A stretch of DNA of 36,849 nt from UHGV virus genome UHGV-0209063. One strand, given 5' to 3'. The translations under genes were made by a program, and so were the position numbers. Position 1 is the stretch's first letter, and every line of letters begins with the position of its first letter. Origin of the DNA: a virus. This document shows positions 27,803 through 36,626 of the stretch, one piece after another. Under the pieces are notes generated by a model, which was not told where the DNA came from, did no database searches, and worked only from the letters and a program-made list of their open reading frames with translations.

Positions 27803-30232
27803 GTGAAAGTGATGTTGGATGTAACTAATAAAGTGATTATACCGCTTGATAAGCCGGCAACAAGGGTGGTCATCCCGGTAAAACAGAATAATAAGAATTC
27901 AAGGAGGATAATATTCACTTTAACACAGAATGGCAGCGTATATGACATTGCAGATGTCCGGATGGCAGCAGTACGTGGAACCAAGCCGGATGGGAACAGC
28001 ATATATAATGACTGCATTATCAAGGGAAACCAGCTCATCTATGAGGTGACCTCGCAGACAATAGCTGCTACCGGCAGGGTTACGTGTGAGCTGGTATTGT
28101 TTGGGGATAACAGGGAGGAGATTGTTTCAGCTGATTTTATCATCGAAGTGTACCCACAGGTGTTTGGTGATGGGGTTATCGAATCAAGCAATGAATATAA
28201 AGTGCTGGAGTATTGCGTTGAGGCGTGCAATGAAGAGAGGAACAAGGCAGAGCAGGCAGCAGAGAGGGCAGAGGAAAACAGGGAAGCTGCAGAGCAGGCG
28301 GGCAATAGTGCCGCCGCCAGCCTGGAAAAGCTCCTGGAAACCGCACAGGAGAACGTGATAGAAACTGTAAAAGTTAACGGAACGGAGATTATACCAGAAG
28401 ATAAAGCTGTGGACATAAAAGTGCCAACTAAGTTAAGCAGTCTTGAAAACGATGAAGGCTACGTTGGCAGGGATAATCCGGTATTCACAGGAAAACTTTC
28501 AGTGAACAGAGAAGCTGGAGAAATGGAAGGTGATTATTCAAGCACACTTGGGTATGGTTGCGTTGCAAGTGGCGGCGCTTCACATGCGGAAGGTGCCGGA
28601 ACAACAGCAAGTGGTGGAGTTTCACATGCGGAAGGAAGTGAAACAAAGGCAATTGGTAATGTTTCACATGCAGAAGGGAGTCTTACAGAGGCAAAAGGCG
28701 AAGTTTCGCATGCAGAAGGTAATGGAACAACAGCAAGTGGAATTGGTTCGCATGCAGAAGGTATTGAAACAACAGTAAATGGAAGTGGTTCGCATGCAGA
28801 AGGTGTTAAAACAACAGCAAATGGAAATGGTTCGCATGCAGAAGGTAATGGAACAACAGCAAGTGGCGGTGCTTCACATGCGGAAGGCTGCGCAACAACG
28901 GCAAGTGGTGAGGATTCACATGCGGAAGGCTGCGCAACAACGGCAAGTGGTAAATATTCACACGCAGAAGGTAGTTATACAATAGCTGCATCTGATTATC
29001 AACATGTACAGGGAAGTCACAATATAGAGGATACGGATGGGAAATATCTTCATATAGTCGGTAACGGTGGTGGAAGAGGTTCGGAACCACGCTCTAACGC
29101 ACATACCCTTGACTGGGATGGTAACGCATGGTATGCAGGTGACGTTGAAGCAACTGATAAAGATGGTAATGGGGTAAGTCTCGTTAACCACACGCATTCG
29201 AAATCCCAGATTGAAGACTTCCCTACGAGTATGCCTGCATCAGATGTTCCGGCTTGGGCGAAAGAAAAAACTAAGCCGGTGTATACGAAGTCAGAAGTTG
29301 GTCTTGGTAATGTGGATAATACTGCAGACAAAGACAAGCCGGTGTCTGCCGCTCAAAGGCAGGAGATATATTATTCATTCTGCCAATCGAACGCTTATAC
29401 GGATGATAAGATAGCAGAGCTGATTAATGGTGCACCTGAGACACTGGACACGCTCAAAGAAGTAGCTGAAGCCATTGCCGATCATAAAGATGTTGAGAAA
29501 GCACTAAATGAAGCTGTGGGTAAGAAAGCAAACCAGGACGAGTTTAAAGCCCACACAGGCAATGAGGACATCCATGTTACAGCTGGTGACAGAGAAAAGA
29601 TAGGAACAGCCTATGAGCAGTGCCTGTTAATGAGTCCACATCTGGCAGACCTGGACGAGAGGTTTGAGAACCACACCCATGATGAGTATGTACAAAAGGC
29701 TAAATTGTACAATTGGTTACCGGATGACAATGTCATGAACGAGCCTGATTTAGAAGATGCAGTAATGACGCCAAAGTCGGGGAGAGAACTGTATAAGTAC
29801 TTTACTCAGGTAATTGATGATTTAAAAACATATGCCAGTGATGGAAAAAAGATGGTATCAGATGCGATTGCTGGCACAGGGTTAGAAAGTTCGTCATCTG
29901 ATACCTTTGAAAAGATGGCTGCAGACATATCAGATATATTGTATGGGAATGCAACTGAACAATGTGTGCTAAAGGATGTGATATTTAGCTCTGACTACGG
30001 CAGAGGTCTTATAGGAACAATACCAACAGTAAGACATATAGTTACGGAAAGCAACCGGGAATATGGTTACGAGGGAGATTATAACTCTTGTTATGTTACA
30101 CCCGAAAGTGTGGAAGTTCATAATACACCGCAAGGCTTTGCCATCATTAAACCAAGGAGGGGATATTATGATGGGGAAAATGATTACATAGAACTCAGGG
30201 GTTATCAGATAATAGAAGGAGGAAACGTATGA
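27803..30232 (+). CDS. Tail fibre / receptor-binding protein (BppU-like N-terminus, YadA-head-like SHAEG repeats)
   Basis: VKQNN.NSR...KPDG N-terminus; 10 SHAEG repeats; VGLGNVDNTAD and APETLDTLKE fibre motifs. Confidence 0.85.
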   Translation: MKVMLDVTNKVIIPLDKPATRVVIPVKQNNKNSRRIIFTLTQNGSVYDIADVRMAAVRGTKPDGNSIYNDCIIKGNQLIYEVTSQTIAATGRVTCELVLFGDNREEIVSADFIIEVYPQVFGDGVIESSNEYKVLEYCVEACNEERNKAEQAAERAEENREAAEQAGNSAAASLEKLLETAQENVIETVKVNGTEIIPEDKAVDIKVPTKLSSLENDEGYVGRDNPVFTGKLSVNREAGEMEGDYSSTLGYGCVASGGASHAEGAGTTASGGVSHAEGSETKAIGNVSHAEGSLTEAKGEVSHAEGNGTTASGIGSHAEGIETTVNGSGSHAEGVKTTANGNGSHAEGNGTTASGGASHAEGCATTASGEDSHAEGCATTASGKYSHAEGSYTIAASDYQHVQGSHNIEDTDGKYLHIVGNGGGRGSEPRSNAHTLDWDGNAWYAGDVEATDKDGNGVSLVNHTHSKSQIEDFPTSMPASDVPAWAKEKTKPVYTKSEVGLGNVDNTADKDKPVSAAQRQEIYYSFCQSNAYTDDKIAELINGAPETLDTLKEVAEAIADHKDVEKALNEAVGKKANQDEFKAHTGNEDIHVTAGDREKIGTAYEQCLLMSPHLADLDERFENHTHDEYVQKAKLYNWLPDDNVMNEPDLEDAVMTPKSGRELYKYFTQVIDDLKTYASDGKKMVSDAIAGTGLESSSSDTFEKMAADISDILYGNATEQCVLKDVIFSSDYGRGLIGTIPTVRHIVTESNREYGYEGDYNSCYVTPESVEVHNTPQGFAIIKPRRGYYDGENDYIELRGYQIIEGGNV
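28565..28984 (+). repeat. Ten 42-bp (14-aa) tandem repeats
   Basis: Unit ~GCAAGTGGnnnnnnTCACATGCGGAAGGnnnnnnAACAACA. Confidence 0.9.
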
Positions 30233-30795
30233 TAGGTAAATTTATTAAAAAGATTTGGAAAGACTGGCCTGAATATGAGATGACCATAAAAGCAGAGGAT
30301 ATTAATAAGTGGGAGGATGCCTTAAAGGAACATGATAACAGGCTGGATGAGCTTAAGGATATTGACACGGACCTGAAGGCGGCTGATAAATGGATTGACA
30401 GCCTTAAGAACGCAGCCAAGGCTTCTGAATATGCCAACAACCTTGTTGACATAAGCAAAGAAGAAAGGGCGGTAGGAAGGATACAGCGTGGGGATGGCTA
30501 TGTTGCTGTGTATCAGATTATGGGGACATACAAGCTTTCTTCGTCATCAGGGGAATTAACGATAAATGATCTGGTCAAAAGTACGGAGACTACAGAACGG
30601 ATACCAATCAGCATAGAACTTGCAACTTATAACAACAGCCTGAAGCCTCAGTATTTTGGAAATTATGGAAGCGTAAAGTTGGAGGCGTATTATGAAAGGC
30701 TGACAAGTTCTATCAGGGTTAATTATGAAAACCTGCTGAGTGGTGCAGATACAGAGCTTATCGTAACTGTCAAATATACAAAAGGAACAAGATAG
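30229..30795 (+). CDS. Fibre-associated hypothetical protein
   Basis: ATGA overlap; KIWKD.P...T.I.AEDINKWE N-terminal motif. Confidence 0.6.
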   Translation: MIGKFIKKIWKDWPEYEMTIKAEDINKWEDALKEHDNRLDELKDIDTDLKAADKWIDSLKNAAKASEYANNLVDISKEERAVGRIQRGDGYVAVYQIMGTYKLSSSSGELTINDLVKSTETTERIPISIELATYNNSLKPQYFGNYGSVKLEAYYERLTSSIRVNYENLLSGADTELIVTVKYTKGTR

Positions 30796-30809
30796 AAAGG
30801 GTGAGGGGT

Positions 30810-31247
30810 ATGAAAAAGGATATAGTGGTAAGTGCTATTGGAGTAGCAGGGAGCTGTCTGGCAAATATATTTGGCGGATGGACTGCCGGTATAGGGACAT
30901 TGATGATAATGATGTGCCTCGACTGGGTTACCGGGTTGATGGTGGCCGGCGTATTTAAAAATTCGGACAAGACTAAGAATGGCGGACTGAATTCAGGTAT
31001 TGGTCTTCGTGGAATCTGTAAAAAGGCTATGATGCTGATACTTGTTATAGTAGCACACAGGTTTGACCTTATAATAGGAACAAACTACATAAGGGATGCA
31101 GTTGTGATAGCCTTGATTGTAAATGAAGCTATCAGCCTGATTGAGAATGCCGGACTTATGGGAATCCCGGTACCGGCGGTACTTAAGAGGACTATTGACG
31201 TGTTGAAAGAAAAATCAGAGGAGATGGATAGCGATGGTAAAGCATGA
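30810..31247 (+). CDS. Holin (phage_holin_4_1 / TcdE-like)
   Basis: FGGW...LDWVTG...S..G.RGICKK...NEAISLIENAGLMGIPVP. Confidence 0.92.
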   Translation: MKKDIVVSAIGVAGSCLANIFGGWTAGIGTLMIMMCLDWVTGLMVAGVFKNSDKTKNGGLNSGIGLRGICKKAMMLILVIVAHRFDLIIGTNYIRDAVVIALIVNEAISLIENAGLMGIPVPAVLKRTIDVLKEKSEEMDSDGKA

Positions 31248-31854
31248 CGTAAGGATTGATAAAAAGAAGTTACACCCACATTTAAGGTACAAGTTGGATA
31301 AGCTGCTGAAAAAATGTTCAGCGGCAGGAATCGGGATTATCATTACTGAAGGGTACCGTACAGTACAGTACCAGGACATGTTATATGCAAAGGGCAGGAC
31401 ATCACCGGGCAAGAAAGTAACCAATGCAAAGGGCAATTCATATTCAAGCCAGCACCAGTGGGGCATTGCTTTTGACATTGCCATTAATGATAAGAATAGG
31501 CTGTATGATGCCGGATTAATAAAGCAGGTTGCTGATATTGCAAAAAGATTGAACCTGTCATGGGGTGGTGACTGGGTATCATTTAAGGATACTCCACATT
31601 TTTATCTTGGTAATTGGGGAGCGAACACATCAGAGCTTAGAAGAAAGTATGGAACTCCGGACAAGTTCTTCAGGACCTGGACTACTACAGTAACTAAGGA
31701 CAAGCTTAGACTGTATAAAGGAACTAAAAAGGTGAAGACTCTGAAAAGAATTGCCAAGGGAGATAAGGTTCATGTATTATATAGGAAACTTTGGTATGCT
31801 AAGGTTGAACATGATGGTGATGTGGGGTATGTCAGGAAGAAGTATTTGAAGTGA
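31234..31854 (+). CDS. Endolysin: M15 (L-Ala-D-Glu-type) peptidase plus SH3 domain
   Basis: EGYRT..YQD.LYAKGRT, SQHQWGIAFD, WGGDW...DTPHF; C-terminal SH3b-like GYV. Confidence 0.9.
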   Translation: MVKHDVRIDKKKLHPHLRYKLDKLLKKCSAAGIGIIITEGYRTVQYQDMLYAKGRTSPGKKVTNAKGNSYSSQHQWGIAFDIAINDKNRLYDAGLIKQVADIAKRLNLSWGGDWVSFKDTPHFYLGNWGANTSELRRKYGTPDKFFRTWTTTVTKDKLRLYKGTKKVKTLKRIAKGDKVHVLYRKLWYAKVEHDGDVGYVRKKYLK

Positions 31855-31858
31855 TTTC

Positions 31859-31910
31859 TTATATCCAACATGGTGGTACAAACGAATCAGCTCCGCCATG
31901 TTGGATATAA
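31859..31910. other. 52-bp inverted repeat: candidate attP (may also act as bidirectional terminator)
   Basis: 18-bp arms TTATATCCAACATGGTGG / CCGCCATGTTGGATATAA (1 mismatch), 16-bp spacer, 3 bp from the integrase stop. Confidence 0.6.
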
Positions 31911-31913
31911 TTA

Positions 31914-33533
31914 TTAAAGCTTATACTTAATGTCAAGCTTTACCTGGCTTGATATCCAGGATTTGTTTTTTGACTCTGATGTGTTCACGGCATCATTAGG
32001 TGTGCATCTTCTTGACTTCTTCTTACTGTAATTAATGCGTTCTATAATAGACTTTAGAAGTGAATTAAGTTTGGCAGGTTCTGATGTACTATCCTGTATT
32101 CCGTTAAGGGCATCGGTGTATTTGCATATAAGATCCTTATAATCAATCTCTTCAGGTACGTTATTATATGCGGCATTTAATGACGCACGTGTATCCTGTA
32201 TATCCAGCAGTACTTTTGCATTGAGCTTATCAAATATGTACTTTGGCATGGATTCATTTTCATCATTATACATTTCCCATTGTCTTAATTCTTTTTCCTG
32301 CAGTTCGGCAAGCTTGTTTTCAAGCATGGCTATTTTCTTCTTATGCTGAATGATAGAATTGTTGTTTGACTGTTCTTTGAGTTTGATTTCAAAATCATTA
32401 ATGCATTCTTGTAATATTGGTTTGATAGCTTCGATAAATTCCTGATATGTACAGGATGAATTGCTGCAGTAAGACTGGTCATCACATAACAGTCTTGGCG
32501 CACTTCTCCTGGTGCCATCCGGGCGTATATATGTTCTTAAGCTCATGGCGCGCCCACAGCTGCAGTATACCAGTCCGGCAAATGGATTTCTTATCTTGCA
32601 GCCTTTTCTTGCACGGGCATGGGTTCCTATTATTTTCTGGGCTTCATAGAACTGATACTCGCTAATGATGGCTTCATGCTTTCCGTCAAATATCAGCTCG
32701 TCATTTGAGCGTGGTCTTGACTCCAGAAGTTCCCCATCTTCAACAGTAGTAACACCCTTCCTGTGGTTCCAGCGGACTTTGCCTATATAATGAATATTAT
32801 TTAACATGTCCTTAATGCAGCTTTGAGTCCAGTGCTTTGCTATACGCGGTTTGGGTCCAAGACTATCAAGATAGTTTGCTATATTGACCGGTCCCATACG
32901 TTCATTAACATATAAATCAAATACGGTACGTACAATCTCTGCTTCTGATTCATTTATTTTTAGTGTAGGGTATTTTTTCTTCCCTTCTGTAACAAAGGTT
33001 TTATCATAACCATATGGTGGAATTGAACCAATGTAATTGCCATCTTTGACTGACGCAAGCCGGCCACGCAGCATAATCTTTTTGGTATACTCCAGATAGT
33101 CATTACCACGCTTCAGCTCGCGTTCAAAAGCATCCCTGTCGTAATCGTCTTCAAGGTCATATGTTTTAACCGGAGTAATAACGAGTGTATGTGTATATCT
33201 GATTAACTTAATCAGTCTTCCGGCATCTTCAAGATCACCTCTGGAGAGACGCTGTATCTCTACAACGAATATAGCTTTTATGTGTGGGGATTCAATTCTT
33301 CTGAGTAATTCAAGCATCTGTGGACGTGCATCAATAGTCTCTCCGGAGTATACCTCTCTGTAGACATTAGCTTCGGGAACCGGTCCGCCAAGATTACGTT
33401 CAGCCCATTCATTAAGAATCTTTTCATGTTGCTCAAGTACCTCTTCAACACTAAGAAGCGGGTTATCAGCCCTGGACTTACGAAGGTACTCAACTACTTC
33501 TTCAGGCTTTAAGTCACTAACGGTATAGTACAT
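31914..33533 (-). CDS. Large serine recombinase (integrase)
   Basis: YLRKSR catalytic Ser, RLSRG, PPYGY recombinase domain, C..CG zinc ribbon, coiled coil; RBS AGAAAGGA favours the start at 33533. Confidence 0.95.
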   Translation of the reverse strand: MYYTVSDLKPEEVVEYLRKSRADNPLLSVEEVLEQHEKILNEWAERNLGGPVPEANVYREVYSGETIDARPQMLELLRRIESPHIKAIFVVEIQRLSRGDLEDAGRLIKLIRYTHTLVITPVKTYDLEDDYDRDAFERELKRGNDYLEYTKKIMLRGRLASVKDGNYIGSIPPYGYDKTFVTEGKKKYPTLKINESEAEIVRTVFDLYVNERMGPVNIANYLDSLGPKPRIAKHWTQSCIKDMLNNIHYIGKVRWNHRKGVTTVEDGELLESRPRSNDELIFDGKHEAIISEYQFYEAQKIIGTHARARKGCKIRNPFAGLVYCSCGRAMSLRTYIRPDGTRRSAPRLLCDDQSYCSNSSCTYQEFIEAIKPILQECINDFEIKLKEQSNNNSIIQHKKKIAMLENKLAELQEKELRQWEMYNDENESMPKYIFDKLNAKVLLDIQDTRASLNAAYNNVPEEIDYKDLICKYTDALNGIQDSTSEPAKLNSLLKSIIERINYSKKKSRRCTPNDAVNTSESKNKSWISSQVKLDIKYKL

Positions 33534-33578
33534 AGATATCATCCTTTCTAAAAAAATGCATAAAAATAACGCATTGTA

Positions 33579-33664
33579 TTGAAATAATGCGCATCAGGTG
33601 ATATACTATGACTTGGGAAAGCGTATATGATGCGCATTGGCCACTTTTCGGAGTGGTCTTTTTT
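33579..33664 (+). ncRNA. Candidate ~50-nt antisense RNA (promoter + terminator) overlapping the integrase leader
   Basis: TTGAAA-17-TATACT (33579-33607); terminator GGCCACT-tttcgg-AGTGGTC-T6 (33639-33664); opposing promoter TTGTGT-17-TAATAT at 33693-33665. Confidence 0.5.
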
Positions 33665-33799
33665 ATATTAGCATGATAATGATAATCACACAAGAGAAAT
33701 GATTTATTGGACAAAATGGGAAAAATTATGTTTTTTAGGAAAAATACTTGTATTCAAAATTTATAGAAAAGATATGTATTGTCAATGTTTAATACCATA

Positions 33800-33828
33800 T
33801 TGATAAAGTCAGATAATCTGTGTATAAT
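33800..33828 (+). promoter_or_regulatory. Strong SigA promoter of the accessory region
   Basis: TTGATA-17bp-(TG)TATAAT. Confidence 0.7.
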
Positions 33829-33864
33829 TACTAGGATTTTCAGTGGTGCTAAAATGATACATTA

Positions 33865-33997
33865 ATTAATGGAAGGAGGTAGAGAATAATATGCAGGAGA
33901 AAGGCAGCAGGAAAATGCAGGTATCCGGGAAAAAGATAAAAAAATAATAAAATTGTAAATTAATGTAGGGTTTTTGCATTTTTTGATTGTTATATAT
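33865..33997 (+). repeat. ~133-bp direct repeat, copy 1 (RBS + micro-ORF + promoter-like motif)
   Basis: Near-identical to 36494-36626. Confidence 0.9.
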
Positions 33998-34075
33998 GTT
34001 GGGGGAATAAAAATAATAATATGTTAACAAAAACTCACAAAACAGTATGTTAGAATAGTAAAGGAGAATTATAAA

Positions 34076-35974
34076 ATGGCAGAATTGATATATAATAGAC
34101 AGTATTATATTGCATCCAATCCAAACATATATAATAATGAATCATTAAGAGAGCCACAGATTCAGGCATATTATAAAACATACGAGCATTTTATTGTAAA
34201 AGGGAAAAGTACACATGCAATAATAGTTTTACCTACAGGAGTTGGAAAAACGGGATTAATGGGATTGTTACCGTATCATATATCAGAAGGGAGAGTATTG
34301 GTTATAACTCCGCAGTTGACGATTAAAGATACTGTCGTGGATTCATTGAACCCGGATAACCCAGAAAGTTTTTGGCTAAAGAGAAAGATATTTAATAACT
34401 TAAATGATATGCCGGTATTGGTTGAATATGAAAAGGGAATAAAAAGGGAGGTACTTGATTATGCCAATATGATTGTGCTTAATGTGCAGAAGCTTCAATC
34501 CAGATTAGAACACTCGCCATTGAATTTTTTGCCTAGCAATTACTTTGATATGATAATTATTGATGAGGCCCATCATTCTGCAGCAGCGACATGGATAGAT
34601 ACTGTTGAGCATTTTGAAACTGCAAAGGTTGTTAAATTGACAGGAACACCTATTAGGACAGATGGAACTCCAATAGTAGGAGAATTAATATATAAATATA
34701 AGTTAAGCCAGGCAATGTCAAAAGGTTACGTAAAATCATTGAGGAATTTTGAGTATATTCCTGAAAAATTACTTTTTACTATTGATGGTGATGATACAAA
34801 GGATTATACAATTGATGAATTAATTGGAAAGGGAATCAGGGATGAGGATTGGATTAGAAGGTCAGTTGCATTTTCGAAAGAGTGTTCAGAGAGTGTTGTC
34901 AATGCAAGTTTGGAGCTTTTAAGTGGAAAGCGTAAGAACTCCAAAGTGCCACATAAGATTATTGCGGTAGCATGCAGTATCGCTCATGCAGAGCAAATAA
35001 TGAGCATATATGGTGAGCATGATTGCAGAGCTGCTGTTATACATAGTAATATGTCATTAGAAGAAAAGACACAAGTAATTAGTGATTTAGAAAATCACAG
35101 ATTAGATGTTATAATTCATGTAGGTATGTTGGGAGAGGGATTTGACCATAAGTATTTAAGTATTGCAGCAATTTTTAGACCATTTAGAAATGAATTGCCA
35201 TATGAACAGTTTATTGGTAGAATATTAAGAGCTATTCCTGAAGACGAGATTTCACAGCCGAGCGATAATATTGCAGAAGTAGTGTCCCATGTTAATCTAC
35301 AATTGTCTGATTTGTGGGAAAAATACAAAATTGAGATACAGGAGAGTGAGATAATAAAGCATTTGGAAGATGAATATATTCCAGAATGTAATATATCAGA
35401 TAATACAGAGGGAGGTGGAGCAGGAGAAGTTATTCCATTGGGTAATGCAAGTGAATTTGGTAGAGGATGGCTATCAGAAGAGGCTTATTTGGATACCGAA
35501 TTAATAAAGCGGCAAAAAAAAGCAGAAGAAAAAATCAAGAAAAGTGTAGAGGAACTGCAAAAACTCCTAAGTATTAGCTATGATAAGGCGTTAGCTTTAT
35601 ATAATCAGTCAAGGACACAGGAAAATTCAGCATTAAAGAGACCTGATTTGTATTATTCGAGCAGGAAAAGGGATTTGGATGTTCAAATAAGAGAAATCAT
35701 TGTTCCTGAGTTGATTGCGGTGTATAATATAGATCAGAGAGCAAAGGATTTAGCAAAATGCCGCCTGTTTGTTGGAAAATATTCATGGATAACAGAAATT
35801 TCAAAAGATAATGGGGCAATGCTGGCTATGTACCTGAACACTTACATGAAGAATGCAATTGGTAAAAATCGAAAAGATTGGACTTTGGATGATTATGATA
35901 ATGCATATCAAAAGTTACCAGTTGTAAAAGAATTTATGGAACGTGCTATAAGTGAATTTTATGATATTGAATAA
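34076..35974 (+). CDS. SF2 DEAD/DEAH-box helicase-like ATPase (ResIII + HelicaseC) with helical C-terminal extension
   Basis: LREPQ, LPTGVGKT, IIIDEAHH, LTGTP, MLGEGFD, EQFIGRILR; AT-rich. Confidence 0.9.
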   Translation: MAELIYNRQYYIASNPNIYNNESLREPQIQAYYKTYEHFIVKGKSTHAIIVLPTGVGKTGLMGLLPYHISEGRVLVITPQLTIKDTVVDSLNPDNPESFWLKRKIFNNLNDMPVLVEYEKGIKREVLDYANMIVLNVQKLQSRLEHSPLNFLPSNYFDMIIIDEAHHSAAATWIDTVEHFETAKVVKLTGTPIRTDGTPIVGELIYKYKLSQAMSKGYVKSLRNFEYIPEKLLFTIDGDDTKDYTIDELIGKGIRDEDWIRRSVAFSKECSESVVNASLELLSGKRKNSKVPHKIIAVACSIAHAEQIMSIYGEHDCRAAVIHSNMSLEEKTQVISDLENHRLDVIIHVGMLGEGFDHKYLSIAAIFRPFRNELPYEQFIGRILRAIPEDEISQPSDNIAEVVSHVNLQLSDLWEKYKIEIQESEIIKHLEDEYIPECNISDNTEGGGAGEVIPLGNASEFGRGWLSEEAYLDTELIKRQKKAEEKIKKSVEELQKLLSISYDKALALYNQSRTQENSALKRPDLYYSSRKRDLDVQIREIIVPELIAVYNIDQRAKDLAKCRLFVGKYSWITEISKDNGAMLAMYLNTYMKNAIGKNRKDWTLDDYDNAYQKLPVVKEFMERAISEFYDIE

Positions 35975-35990
35975 AAGGATGGTGTATGAA

Positions 35991-36329
35991 ATGAAAGATA
36001 GAATCAAGAAAATATATGACATGATGTATTCACCTATCTTAACTCCGTATAATCTGCTGGAGAATGCAAAATTAGATAATTATAAGTATGTCAAATATTA
36101 TTCCAATAACATAGGAATAGTGGCGGAGATGCAGTGTGTTATTGCTGATGATGACATAAAGACATTTTATTACCAGTTTGATAACAGGGATTTTTTGCAG
36201 GAAATATACTGTGACCTGAATGGTGAAAAGGATATAATATTTAAAAGGGATACAGAGATAAAAGATGCTAAAAATGAATATTATGATAGCTGCAGAGAAC
36301 GAAAAGAAATGTTCGGTTCTGCAGTGTGA
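35991..36329 (+). CDS. Small Tyr/acidic hypothetical protein co-transcribed with the helicase
   Basis: 16-nt gap after the helicase stop; RBS AAGGATGGTG; shared terminator. Confidence 0.7.
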   Translation: MKDRIKKIYDMMYSPILTPYNLLENAKLDNYKYVKYYSNNIGIVAEMQCVIADDDIKTFYYQFDNRDFLQEIYCDLNGEKDIIFKRDTEIKDAKNEYYDSCRERKEMFGSAV

Positions 36330-36363
36330 TTAAATATTTGTAGGATAACAAAAAAAGAGGAAT

Positions 36364-36406
36364 AAGGAAGCCGCCAGCTATTGTCGTAGCTGGCGGCTTC
36401 TGCTTT
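36364..36406 (+). terminator. Rho-independent terminator
   Basis: GAAGCCGCCAGCTA-ttgtcg-TAGCTGGCGGCTTC. Confidence 0.85.
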
Positions 36407-36493
36407 ATTGATTATTCTGGATTAGAGCGTGCAGCACTTATTTTTTATAAACATCTCCAACAACACTGAAGAAGAGCCGATAAAGGTAAGTTT

Positions 36494-36626
36494 ATTAATG
36501 GAAGGAGGGAGAGAACAATATGCAGGAGAAAGGCAGCAGGATAAGGCAGGTATCCGGGAAAAAGATAAAAAAACAATAAAAGTGTAAATTAATGTAGGGT
36601 TTTTGTATTTTTGATTGTTGTATATA
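36494..36626 (+). repeat. ~133-bp direct repeat, copy 2
   Basis: Near-identical to 33865-33997, 2629 bp downstream. Confidence 0.9.

Noticed and set aside
28565..28984. Regularly spaced repeats as a possible CRISPR array
   Set aside because: They are in-frame 14-aa coding repeats with no unique spacers and no cas genes.
29820..29830. T-TTA-AAA slippery heptamer in the fibre gene
   Set aside because: The -1 frame stops after a few codons, no stimulatory structure is evident, and the heptamer is likely by chance in AT-rich DNA.
27803..30795. Invertible tail-fibre shufflon driven by the serine recombinase
   Set aside because: No inverted crossover repeats or antisense alternative fibre ends seen; the recombinase is the large integrase type.
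34076..35974. Type III restriction subunit or phage replicative helicase
   Set aside because: No Mod methyltransferase or recognisable PD-(D/E)xK domain, and it lies outside the replication module with atypical composition.
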